From Phoronis australis (lineage: Eukaryota; Animalia; Phoronida), in the NCBI GenBank assembly GCA_002633005.1, contig NMRA01000197.1, forward strand, positions 508,534-572,533: 64,000 nucleotides of DNA. Direction: 5' to 3'. Below the pieces are notes generated by a model. The model saw only the letters and a list, made by a program, of their open reading frames with translations, was not told the origin of the DNA and ran no database searches. The position numbers and the translations under genes were made by a program. This document shows, one piece after another, positions 13,562-25,858 of this stretch. How positions within the stretch are numbered: position 1 is the first letter of the stretch; each line of letters begins with the position of its first letter.

Positions 13562-14382
13562 TTAATCTTAAATGTTGTTTTAATGGGTAAGTCCAAAAAC
13601 AATGTGATTTTATTTACGCTGCTCACAGACAAGTTAACAATACTCTTTCGGCTTTATTTTCGCTTGAATTAAGATAAAATGACTTCAAATGCAAACGGGT
13701 TTATCAAAACGTCTTCTCAAATAATGCCCATTCGACATGAGATCATTTTTGTCAAATTAAATATAACATAATATATTTGCTTGTAATTCTAGTCTACTCT
13801 GCGACTCATTAAATGTAATTTGGTTAAATTACTAAGTTCTTATACCACATTCAAGGGTTTACCTTGAAAATCGGCAGGTCTTGTGGTTGATTCTGCCTTC
13901 TTCTTCGGTGTAGGTGGCGCTGTATGTAGTTACACGTCATAAACGCGGGGAAGTTTGGAACCTCCTTCATCCCGGTTCGTCGAACACATATTTTCTCTGA
14001 TGCAGATGGATTCCGTTATTTTCCTATGACCAGTGTTATTTTCATTTGTTAGCATGTTGAAACCGTAAGGGTCAATGGCAGGATTATTTTGCTAAGCGTG
14101 ATCTGTAATTACAGACTTATTAAATACAGTAACTTTAATATGCTTTTCGTTAGGATCTTGTGAACACTCTGGCCGTGCTCTCGTCCACCTCCTTCCTTTG
14201 GCGATATAATTTGATTATTTTTCCAGATCCCTGGAAACACTGAGAGAAACACTCTGACGCGTGTTATATACATTCATTTATTGTCCGCTTGTTCATGCTC
14301 AGATTTAAGATCAACAACTTGAGTAACTTGGACTAAACCGTTTTAATAGTACTTTTTTGTGCATCAGCCAAGAACTTCTTAC

Positions 14383-14431
14383 TCTGGTACCCGCGGTAGA
14401 TGTACCATGTGCATACACCGCGGGTACCAGA
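14383..14431. repeat. GC-rich hairpin
   Basis: tctggtacccgcggt ... accgcgggtaccaga: perfect 15-bp arms with further imperfect inner pairing. Confidence 0.85.
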
Positions 14432-14904
14432 AATGAGTTTCACAGTTTGTGATTGGCTAATGTTGTTCTTTACACCGCCCTCTACGGCTCAACAGATGTG
14501 ACAGCTTAACCTATGTAAACTTCGATTTTTACAAAAAGAGCAACTTAAAGCGTGGGATTTTTTTAAAATAATGAATTAGAAATATTTTGCTTAATCACGC
14601 AAAAAGCAACTTGCGGGTGGTGAAAGTCTTCTACAGTTCAGGAACCAATTGAATCCCTCGCTGAGTCTTAACTGAGTTTTCGAATGACTTACGGTACTCA
14701 GTGGTATAATTATACAAAACTCGCTTTCCAAAATGACCATATCTGCTTTGAAAATCCGATAAAGTTTCTATAGTCTTATGCAGCGTTTTTGATGTGAAAC
14801 GACTCACAGTTTTTCATTTTGTTCATAGACGGAATTCTCTGCAACGTGGATGAAAGGTAACAAGTCCAATTTATGACCACTGCCAGGCAAAACCATAGAG
14901 AACT

Positions 14905-15679
14905 CATAGGCGGATTTAGGGGGGGGTGNGCTCAGATCTAATTTCAAGTGTCAAATTCGGAACACAGCGCATTCGTAACGGAACTATGGCTAAGTGTAGG
15001 CTCCCCCGCGATATCCCAGGCGACCGGTAGTGGCGCTGCGCACTACGACTCAGTTTTCGTCGTCTGCTCCACCGTGCAATGAAGAAAATTGACCTCATTT
15101 TTAAAAGAAAATGGAACCTGAGTGACGATGAAAAAATAGAAGCTGCTGGTAAGATATGAATTTTAATCTAAGCCTTAGTGAATCACTCAGAAACTCATTA
15201 ATTTTTTCTTTGTCAAACCTTAACTTAAGACGATTTCCAACGCAATCCCGTCATTATTGCCAACACGAAAAACGGATTTGGTCTTTAGGGCATTTGATGA
15301 CTATTTTAAATACAAAAAAATTGTTAAGAACCGATTGCACAAAATATAAAACGTGTAATAAGCATTACAAAAAGAAGTAGGTTTCGCGCGCAAACGCTGT
15401 GGACCATAAACAAGTAGGTCTCTTAGTATTAGGTTAGTATTGGTGTCGTGGTGGTGTAGTGGTAAAGTACGCGCGTCCTACCAGTCAGGCCGTGAGCTCG
15501 AATCTGTGGAACTCTCAGACTTTCCTGTGTGACACTTTCCCCGTTTTTTTGCCTTTTTTCTTGGATAATACTTCAGAAATCAAGGAAAATGCTATGCGCA
15601 TCTACAATCGTGGTTTGCGCAAATGCTTACGGCCGGAAAAAATGTTGGCCCCCCTTGTGATATCCTAGATCCGCCACTG
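14905..15679. mobile_element. hAT5-like non-autonomous element (family-2 ends, 775 bp)
   Basis: CATAGGCGGATTTAGG ... CCTAGATCCGCCACTG with 5-bp TSD GAACT on both sides. Confidence 0.75.
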
Positions 15680-17075
15680 GAACTGTACAGTTCCTCATTA
15701 GTGTCACTAGATGGCGGCCTGCGGGTTGTTGCAATTACATGTTAAATAGTGTAGCTGATTTTCAATGTAAATCAGCTTATTTTGATTCTGAATTTATACA
15801 ACAGAAGTTATGGTCTGGATCGAGTCATTGGCTTTCAACTGTTTGCTTCAATACACATGCTATTTTATCCTTTCCGACTAACCAAATAACATAGCAGAGA
15901 CTAGACATCTCTGATCTATTCTGGTTCACGACGTGGAACAACTTAAACAACAAAGACTGGTCCTCCCAGCAACACGGACATTTATTGGTCCTCTCATCAC
16001 TATGGTCACCAATGCCTGCGAAGTATTGTGAAATGAAGAGTAGAATTCGCAATAATCGTTCTTATCTGAGACGCTGAATTATGCAGCACGCTCCCTATGC
16101 AAACGTTTGGAATTTGACCACAGTCCACAAATTCGAAACTGTGTGTTTGTTAGAGTGCACAGGGTCCGCATTTCGTGACGATAAAGTTCTTTGCAAAGTG
16201 TTACGCGTTCCCACTATGTACGTGTGGGGACTCAGATCAAAGTAAGATTCATCGCCCAAGGCGGTTGTCTGTCAAAAATAATCCCAAATATGAGTTTTCA
16301 GGCGGTAAAATGCTAATATCCCTTTAAATAACAAAGTTATTAAATTCTAACTACTCGTAAAATCTATTGCGTGATAACTCAAACATTTTAGTTGAGCGGT
16401 TTTCCATTACTTTGGTGTTTCTGCGAATGTATCAAAGGGTGGTATTGAACAACGAAGCAAACTGAGATGTCCTTCATACAGCCAATTCCTCTATATTTAG
16501 TTCATGCTATTTAGACTTAGTATCTCTATCGATGGGCTTAATAACGTCATAGATAAAGTTAAAAAACTAGTGTTTCTCCACTCACAGTCATTGTAAAATT
16601 GTTGCGCATGAAACCTATGACTTGAAACTTGGGTTCCGTATATTTGTATAACGACGTATGTCTTCAAAAATTATTAAACATTACAATTTATGTTCGGTAA
16701 CAGCGTTTTACACGTTTTCCTACAAAGACGTTAAAACATCTTCTAAACTTATATTTCATTACCCATATTCACGGATGTTTACAAAAACAATGAGGTGTTT
16801 TTGTTTACAAAAGATCATCCCGTATTTAAATCTCCCACGCTGTAACCGTCCACCGTACTTCAGAAATATGCGACGACCGCAGAGTTACGCTTCACCCAAA
16901 GTCGGTGGTTTTCGTTTTAGGATTTTGTTTAATTTCATTTACAGTTTTTTAAAGATTTTACTTTGTCTGACTGTAGCGGAGATTCCCTTACTACGACAAG
17001 TGCGAATATTCCATTGTCATGTAAATGTCGAATTTGTCCAATGGTGTGTATTTCAAGCAAAACTGCATTACTTAC

Positions 17076-17757
17076 CTAATGTGATATTTGCTGTTTGAAT
17101 CTTCTTAATGGCATTCTGTCTAGCTTGGTAAAACCACTCGGAATCATTCCCTAGATACTTGTATTCAACAGATAAATCTTTCACCATGATGCCCGAATTA
17201 TTAGGCAGGCGATAGGCGTACGGGCAGAACAAGTAATATTCTTTGAATTGTTTGTAATCGTAACAGTTTCCACCAGCAAATATGTCGTCGTCCCCTTCAA
17301 CGATGTTTACCACCTGTGCGTAATATAGTTCCTCAGATTCCAAGATGCCGGGCGAGGCGTGTTTCCAGATGCGCGTCAGCAGATTGGCGCGGTTAACGGC
17401 AACCATTGCTTGCTGTTTGAAACGCAAAACGCCGTATTGTTGCACGACACCGTCTCCAAGATTGTGTTGTGTGCCCGCAGAACAATTGTCAACATTTGCC
17501 TCGTACTGTTCGACAAGCCGTAAAAAATTGGCAACAACGTCGTTCTCGTAAGCAAGTTTCTGCGATTCCTCTAATCTTTCCAGATAAAGTTTTTCTTCAT
17601 AGCTTGCCTTCAGAACACTGAACAGATCAACTCGCTCGTCAGGGTCATTCGCGAGAACATGGCTTGTGTACACAAATAAACACATAGAAATTAAAACCAG
17701 CCTGATCGGATAGCCGGCTTTGTCAAAACAGATCCGCCTCATACCGCAGTACGGCAT
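17076..17757 (-). CDS. First coding exon of a GPR158/GPR179/Drosophila CG31760-like class C orphan GPCR (signal peptide + start of Cache-type ectodomain)
   Basis: Hydrophobic signal segment; motifs NCSAGTQHNLGDGVVQQYG, AVNRANLLTRIWK, DIFAGGNCYD, LFCPYAYRLP, KDLSVEYKYL and SEWF characteristic of CG31760-type receptors; ends in G|GTAAGT donor (phase 1). Confidence 0.88.
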
Positions 17758-18770
17758 TGTGTGTCCTCTATGAGTTCCACTGGTTAACGGTCTTAGAAGT
17801 TTGCTTTCAACTCCTACACAATCGCTGGGCTAGAAATCGCTAATTACCTGAAAATCCGCACACGTCCAGCCACAGAAACGTTGAATCTATAGCGTACAAC
17901 GTAGTGTTGCTCGCATTAAGAAACTAGCAATTGGAGCAGTCTAGGAGGGCAGCACAGATGGATACGTCAAGGCGTCAATGACTTTTAACTACAATCAGCT
18001 ACAAGGATGCTAATTTGCTACTCGAGATACGGGTAAAATCACAGTCAAAAAGTATACCGAAGAGCGCATTCGTGAAGCCGTCAGCTGCTCACGCGCAGAT
18101 AAAATCATTAACATCAGAATACGCGATTATTCAATCGGATTAATCGCTTCAATGACAAATTATACTTGAACCTCCGCTGTGATCGATGCACGTTTAATAC
18201 GTTGTACATGAGTTCCAAATTAGTGACATCGGAAAAAAGACGTTCTCTCGCTGTTTCTCGCAAACAAATTGAGGTGGTCCCATGCCCTTGATGCATTCAC
18301 AGTTCAACAGCAACAAACGAATTCATGTCCTCTCGGCAACTGGGTGTCTTTCTAATTGGACTATTTTTTTTTCATTTACCGGCTGTCCAGGGATAACTGG
18401 AAAAGTGATATCCAACGTTCGTGAATCAAGAAAGGGACTTTGAGATTAAAACAGACAACGATGGGAGAAACACGTGTGAGCGAGGAATGTCTGTGTTCCT
18501 AATGGCTCGGTCGTGGTCGATTTACGATGAATGCCTGTGCGACTGTTAAAAACTCAGACGGTTATTTTAACACATTTGACATTTCTCAAAATACTCCCAG
18601 TTGTTTTTTCATGAAAGAGGTTCTACAAGCCCCTTAACCTCCCAGATTGCAACAGGCGTCTTGGCCATCAAACTTGTGAAATGTGCTACCCGGTCCGATC
18701 TCCAAAGAATTACTCACGTTGTAGATATCTGCAAAAGTTCACAATATAATGTCAGACAATTAGCTTTCAA

Positions 18771-18886
18771 GTGATACCTACAACACCGCCTGAGTGATAC
18801 CTACTACAGAACCTGAGTGATACCTACTGCAGCGCCTGAGTGATACCTACTGCAGCGCCTGAGTGATACCTACTGCAACGCCTGAG
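18771..18886. repeat. Minisatellite, 23-bp unit x5
   Basis: gtgatacctactgcagcgcctga variants at 18771, 18794, 18817, 18840 and 18863. Confidence 0.93.
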
Positions 18887-19412
18887 CGAACACTATTTTC
18901 CTAGATCAGTGAAGTGGTGGCACGAACGGCACTGGACTAGTCGTTTACTCTCGTTCACTGGCATCGCTTTATCCGATACGTGTACGATCATTAAATTATA
19001 CAAAATTTCATTAAACATAAATATTCCACCGCGCTTATTGATCACAGGGGTTTTGTGTAAATATTAGCACCATGGACCCTTCATAAAATCCACAGACATT
19101 TAGTCGATATCCGTACACGCGAACAAGTGCCGAGACTGGCCAATTATCGTGTTCTTGCGCGCGGAGACACCACAGTAATAATTGTTAGTCAGAGAAAGCT
19201 CAAATTATTCTTTACTTCATTTCTGGTTCGGTATAGATGATTAATAAGTCCCTAGGCGTCTATCGTATAACGAATGGTCGTAATTATGCCATTCAAATTG
19301 TAACATGCAATTAAAGACAAAGTGAAAAATGAAACGTAACATTAATTTTTCGTTCAATAATTTTGACTTCGACGATTATCCGCAAGACGGCAGGCTTGTC
19401 AATCCTGTTAGC

Positions 19413-19628
19413 TGACGTCACTACGGTGATTATAAAAGCTCACACAGGATATAGTTACTAACTCTATCGATAAGTTTACTACTGCCTCTTTAGACTTACT
19501 AACTCTATCGATAGACTTATTAATCTTTATCGCTAAACAAACTTATTCGAGAAACTAACTCTACCGATAGGGTGGGTTACTATCTCTACCCATAGACTTG
19601 GTTACTATCTCATTGCTCAGTGACGTCA
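19413..19628. repeat. Degenerate ~21-bp repeat array bracketed by two TGACGTCA (CRE) palindromes
   Basis: Recurrent (g)acttactaactctatcgata units; TGACGTCA at 19413-19420 and 19621-19628. Confidence 0.6.
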
Positions 19629-22410
19629 CATTGACCTTCTTGTTGATGTTTACAATTTGCTAAATTTCGGACTTCATTATTGTCATTTTTATTCGAATTA
19701 AAGAATTATCAAATTTATAAAAAACAGTCCCATTCTTCCGACATGTCGGGTCGGCTTGTGACGCACAATTAGCTAAAACTCAATCATGGAAATATGAAGG
19801 AGATGAGTATCATTTATTTTCAGGGTGTCGGCGGCCTTACAACACTTGAAAGTGAAATAGTTTTAAAAATCTTAACGTCAGTCATTTATTATATAGTTTC
19901 ACTTATCGGTGTCATCTATTTACTAGACTAGTAAACAACGAATAGTATGCGCGTTAGTCATTAATGTTAGAGAAATGAAGACATCATCGTTGATTTTTAA
20001 GTTTATTTAATTATTTATATATTATTATCACCTGGATGAATCAGAATATAGTCTGACAATCAGTATGCGATACAATATCAGTGGACAAGGTACAGCAATG
20101 CCTTTCCAGACTCTTGAGCTTACAAGACACCACGGATTTGTTAATTAAGCGATTATACAGAACATAACCTATGTTTACAGCAAACCAATGCCTCAACCAA
20201 AAATCTCGTCAAAGCTTCTGGATAATTCAAAAACAAATCCGATAAGGACGATTCACTCGGAAGCTCTGATTATAGCTTGTGCAGACAAACACAGCTGTAC
20301 TTCGTCTTCAATGAAAGTTTGATTACACACTTTGCATAGTATTCCATTTAATGGAATTTCCAAGAACCTCCCTAATTCTACGTGTACTAGCATAGTCGCT
20401 GACAAGACCTCAATGTGCAAAGGGAAGATGGAGGAACTACAACGTTCTCAACTCAACTTTTTGATTTAATAGTCTTATATACACGTTTCAAAACATAAAG
20501 TTCAAAAAATGTTCAGCAGATACCATTTGTTTTTGGGGCATTTCAACCTCTCTGATAATATATTTTGGATAGATGAGCTCCAGTTAATTTTACAAAGATT
20601 ATAATCATAAATCAATATACGTTTTGCAATTCGATTTTCGTTCATCACGATAAGACGATTCCACAAATGAAACATGTTTTCATGTTTTTTTTATAAACTG
20701 CTGCGTGCCACCCAATGTATCCGTACTAGACACCATTTGCAGCTTACTTATGCACTCACAGAAACGACTAGAAACGTTCTAGAACGACCCACATTGTGAA
20801 AATTGCGCGTAAAACCACAATCCAGAACAATACACCATAGTCGATCTGACAGAGCAGTAAAAGCACTTGGCAAACCTACTAAAAACCCGCGTTTTCTAAT
20901 GTCTTGCATTTACTGACTGGTATTTAATACGTCATCTGTTGCAGACTATGTTAATATCTGAGCCGATAGGTAGCGTCTAAGCGTGAACCGCGGCCAATTT
21001 GTAGCCGCGGACACCTCGGAGATATTAAAATGTGCGGTCGCAGTTTTCAGTTGAGGTGCACGTGCATTGACAATAGGCTCAACGGAATCTGGTTTACTTG
21101 TGCTTGTGAACATATTGTGAACCAGAAAAGTCCACTAGTTCGTCTTAGTGTAGGTTTCATTTTCTTCATAATGGCAGGAATATGGTACGATGTAAGGTTG
21201 CCCTCAAACAACCCAGATTTGTAAAAAAATGATTGGAAACAGTTCTTTGGGACCCCAATTGTAAAATCTATAATCAACTTGTTTTCAAAGTCACTGACTC
21301 GCGTAGAGCACTGGCTTCTTAGATTTCTTCAAACTTGATAAAGGTCACATTCCATTTTTAGCATCATTTATACATGTATATAACGCAAACACAGTGATTG
21401 TAAACTGGCTTTGCGACTTCAAAAAATACTGAGCTTTCTGCATGTAGTAAACAACACAAATTATGACATCATATAATCTTTCTCACACTGCCGATTTAAC
21501 CCAAAACAGAACATTTCATTGGCGGTTGAATTTTTCGTGACCACTGTGAGTTAGACTCCTTCTGTTGTCCACTAAGCACTTAAGTATCGCTGAGAGACAA
21601 AGGTACTATTACCTGAACATCTCCCAGTTGAGTCACAAAATGCATTATGTGGTTTCTTTCAGCTGTCGATCAATTCGTAAAAAAATTTACGCTTCGCGGA
21701 TTTAGCTGTAATTGTTATGTGCAGCAAATTTTACAGGAATGACGATTGTTGAAGGCCATTATTTTGCCTCAAATTTTGTATAATGGTGGCAGTTAGTGTC
21801 TTCACGTTTTAAATGTCAAGTAACTCCTGTTGTTTTGTCGTATTTAAACTTTGTTAACATTGAAATAACAAAAATAACAAAATTTTAAAACGAAATGTGC
21901 ACGATTAACATCAAAGCGAAATAACAGCTCGTTTTTCTTTGATTCCATCAGTCAAGACGAAACATTTTTGGATCGTAGTTATCGCTATTTACCGCTAGTT
22001 ACCGCTAGTTTTGATAGTAGAATGAGTCGGAGTCTACTCGAAATAAGGACGGGACATGTGAAGTCACAGTACACCGCGGACAGTCAAGGAGATTCCGTCA
22101 TCTTGTCACTCTGGGCCAAATATGCCGAGTTTGCACAAGTAGAAAGAAAAATGTTAAAAATAATCTCGAATTCCAGGTCTACTAAATACAATGCCGGTCA
22201 GCCTTGGTTTGATGGTTCGTCAAGGCCTGACGTAACAAGTGACAAAGCAAAAACGTTTCTCACGCTAAATTATTAATCATTCTAACTGACAGATTATTAA
22301 TCGCAGCAGGATTGATTAAGTACACAGAGCGTCAAGCGCCAGTCTTTTTTCGAACATAGACCCCACCTCAAACCAGGGTTGCGTTTCGCAGACGCAAGAA
22401 TCTCGCAAGT

Positions 22411-22654
22411 CATGCGCGCACCCAGGGGGGGGGGGGGCTCGGGGGGCGAAGTGGGCAAAAGGGTCCGCCTAAGAGAAACAAAAATCCGGGGAAACGGGAC
22501 AAAAGTCCACTATAAAAGCGCAGACGCACAGTTCACTGTACTGAAGGTGGTACCCCGTCTTTTTTATTTAGTCCTCCAGGTTTTTTGTTAGCAAAAGGTC
22601 CACTTTGTCAGAAATTCGACCCTCCCCCCCAACTAAAGGCTGGGTGCGCGCATG
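22411..22654. mobile_element. hAT5-like MITE, family 1
   Basis: CATGCGCGCACCCAG...CTGGGTGCGCGCATG, TSD CAAGT. Confidence 0.88.
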
Positions 22655-23183
22655 CAAGTAAAACTAAAGGATCACATGCTTTGCTTGTAGTGCATGGCAA
22701 CTTGCGCGAATGTATTGTGACTACGGACTGCGTACCAGGGTTTTGCTGCTATTGATTTTTTTAAACGAATGTTACCGTAGACCCTATTCACGCCGACAGG
22801 AGGCGCGTTCCAAAACGAGGCTCGCTACGATAGCTCTGGTGGCTTATCCGCGTAGTTGTACTCCGCGTTGCTCGAACAGCTAGAAAAAATACGGACACTC
22901 TGTTTTACAATCCCTAAGGACGTTGGGATTCGGAAGCGTTGGGTCCTTGCCATACGCAGCGACGAAGGAAAATATGTCCGTGTAAAATTTATAACTGTTT
23001 TCGAATCATAATTTGTCGCATCTGTTACTGGATGCCGCCATAGCAACGAGGACCGGAGAATCTTCGGCCAGCCAGGCTGTGTTTTCATGACTATGGGTTG
23101 AAGCGCGATGCATTTTTCTTTACAAAAATGACAGGGCCCTCAATCCCTCAATTTTGGGGCCAAATATTGGCCCTATTCCCCTC

Positions 23184-24150
23184 TCAAANCCACTGGGCTG
23201 CTGACTGGGTATGTACCCAGTTGCGTATACTCATCCTGCAACATCCGTAAGATACCGGGATAGCAGATTCAGGCACAAAATGCAGAACGCTTGCTCCTAT
23301 CTTTGCGAGTCTGTCTGCATTCTCATTGCCATCAATTCCCACATTGGGCCCTGACCCAGCGTATATTGACGGTTCTTTCAATTGCAAGCTTGTTAAGCTC
23401 ATTAATACAAGCATTAACACAACGAGAGTTGACCCTTAGTTTCTTTAGGGCTTTTATTGTTGCCTGGCTATCTGAAAAGATGGTAATTGGCCGATTGCAA
23501 AGTTCAGTGTTATATTGTTGTGCCAGTTGAGCAGCTCTATTAATTGCAGTGATCTCAGCCTGAAACACCGTGGCAAGATTGCCCAACGATACCCAGTTTT
23601 CTGCATCTGCAACAGGAAGACCCCAGCACCTGTCTGGCCATTTTCCAGTTTAGAGCCGTCCGTATAACAAACCACCTCATTCTTGTGTTCTGCGGTAGGC
23701 CATCCATCGCCAATTTCCGTGAAGAAATTGTTTGTATGATTTAAAGTTGTGACCTGGACATCACTAGGCATGTTCCATAGTTGTCCAGTCTTGGCCATTA
23801 GCTTATTACAAACATTCCTGTGGCTTCTGTGTGCAACGGAGTCAGGGATGTTAGTTTTCACCCACTGACCATTATATTTGAGACGAAGTGCAGCAGATGC
23901 AGCTTCACCCTCAAGGTATATGTTCAGTGGTGGTAGACCGATTAGCATTTCTAGGGTTGCAGAAGGCGTTCCTGGAAAAGCAGAGGTTATGCACAAACAA
24001 GCTAGACGTTGCAGCTGTCTAAGTTTGTTGATAATTGTAATCTGTTTTAATGCCGTTACCCATATCGACGAAGCATAGGACATTATAGGTCGGATAACAG
24101 CAGTATAAATCCAGAACATATTCTTGGGAGACATTCCCCAAGTTCATTTT
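23184..24150 (-). mobile_element. Truncated, frameshifted non-LTR retrotransposon (post-RT region + RNase H; Loa/R1/I-group-like)
   Basis: WIYTAVIRPIMSYASSIW...LRQLQRLACLCITSAFPGTPSATLEMLIGLPPL, then RNase H motifs YTDGSK, TVFQAEITAI, IFSDSQA, NIRWVR and GIDGNENADRLAK spread over three frames. Confidence 0.88.
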
Positions 24151-24513
24151 TTTAGTCCAACGACAGATTTCCTGAGCAGAAGTTATACAGCCTCGGCGCC
24201 CGCAACTTCCGGACCGCCTGCGTGCATACAATCGCGCTTCATTGCCCGCTTCTCCGAGGATGTCGGGCTCCCCCCTCACTAGGCCTATATAATGGTATCC
24301 TAGATCAGCCACTGAAAATGCTACTTGAGACAGAGCTATGAGAGCTTGCAAAAGGGCGGGGTGATATTGATGGTGATCGGGAGGTCAGTAGAGTTTTCAC
24401 TGACCCGTCACTCGGCGAAACGATCCCCTCTCAGAAGGCCGCACACACATGAGGCACCTTTTCCCTCGGATATGAACGAGGCCTCTGAAGAAACATGAGA
24501 ACTATGCTTGTTC

Positions 24514-24667
24514 CAGGGGGATCCAGGAGGGGGGGGACAAGGCAGAATATTAGCCAGGATTTTGCCCGTAAGAAATTCGCGCTCCTGAACTGCCAAATGG
24601 AATCTGGGAGAATTTTAGGGGGGGGGCTGGGGCATAGCCCCTTGGCTCCCCTCTAAATCCGCCACTG
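24514..24667. mobile_element. hAT5-like MITE, family 2 (inverted relative to 5658 copy)
   Basis: CAGGGGGATCCAGG...CTAAATCCGCCACTG; TSD TGTTC/CGTTC. Confidence 0.75.
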
Positions 24668-25583
24668 CGTTCTGTCCAGTTAATTGAAATTGAGTTCTAA
24701 AACGAGGTTATGCTTTGGACGAAAGAATTAGGTGTTTTAATTTTAAAATTCAACTTGGTCGAGATTGATATTTGAAAAATATAACACATGAAATAGACGT
24801 AATTATTAAAACCAAGAAAGCAGAATTGATGGTCATATAATTTTTATTTTCAATTGCGAGCCTAGTTTTTTATCGTAATCAAAATATATATTTAATAACA
24901 TCAAGTATTATTTCAGATCAATGACAAATCAACTGTTAGTCCCGGTAGTGCCTACCTCACCAGGACCTAGGCTATGCTTGAAGCTAATATGCCTACTCTT
25001 GATCAACAAATTAAACCAGATGAGACTTATTGCACATGACAGCAAAATGCTATGAGCCACCATTGTCGAATATATCTTCAACTCGTCAACAATACGACCA
25101 GATGACCTGGTTCGTGTAGAAAGCATTTTTATCAAGAATTTATAAGAAGAAACGTAACCCTGCATTCAGCATGATACCTAATCCGTAACACTACGATCGC
25201 CGCAATTTGGTCATGTTTACTTTTCATGTTTCGAAACTAGTTTTCCGGAAAAAACCTATATCCTTTCGTCAGAAAACTCTTTGGTGCATTGACTTGTTCT
25301 TTAACTGTATTTTTCTGCGTCTCTGTGGTTAATTATTGACACATTTTTTAAGATTTGTTATTCAGGTTGGACTCCAAAGACCGCCCATTTAACTCACGCA
25401 ATGTAAATTTCCGCTTTGCTTATCGCAGTGAGCCTCGCTTTGGATTTTAATGTCCGCCGCGTGAATAGAGTCTATGTATACTGATCCAACCCTGATTTGT
25501 TGCCGAACGAGTCAGCAACTCAAGTCACAGGCAATGCGTACATGCACGAATTCGCAATTTTAGGGTTGTTCAACCCCATAAAA

Positions 25584-25858
25584 CATGGGCGCATCCGGGG
25601 GGGGGGGGGCTCGGGGGGCTCANTCAAACGAGCCTCCAATTTGGAGAATTGGGCAAAAAGGTCCGCCTCAGTGAAGCAAAAAGTCCGAGTAAACGCGACA
25701 TAAGTCCACAAAATCCACGGGAAGTCGTCGCGGATGCACGGTTCGTGGGCCTGAACCTAGTGGCCCCGTTTTTTTAGTCCTCGCTGATTTCTTTTAGTAA
25801 AAGGTTCTCATATCGAAAAGTTGGAGCCCCCCTATATTTTAGGGTGGGTGCGCGCATG
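25584..25858. mobile_element. hAT5-like MITE, family 1
   Basis: CATGGGCGCATCC...GGGTGCGCGCATG, TSD TAAAA. Confidence 0.85.

Noticed and set aside
16658-17098. 146-aa plus-strand ORF
   Set aside because: Antisense to the GPCR exon/intron junction; no recognisable domain.
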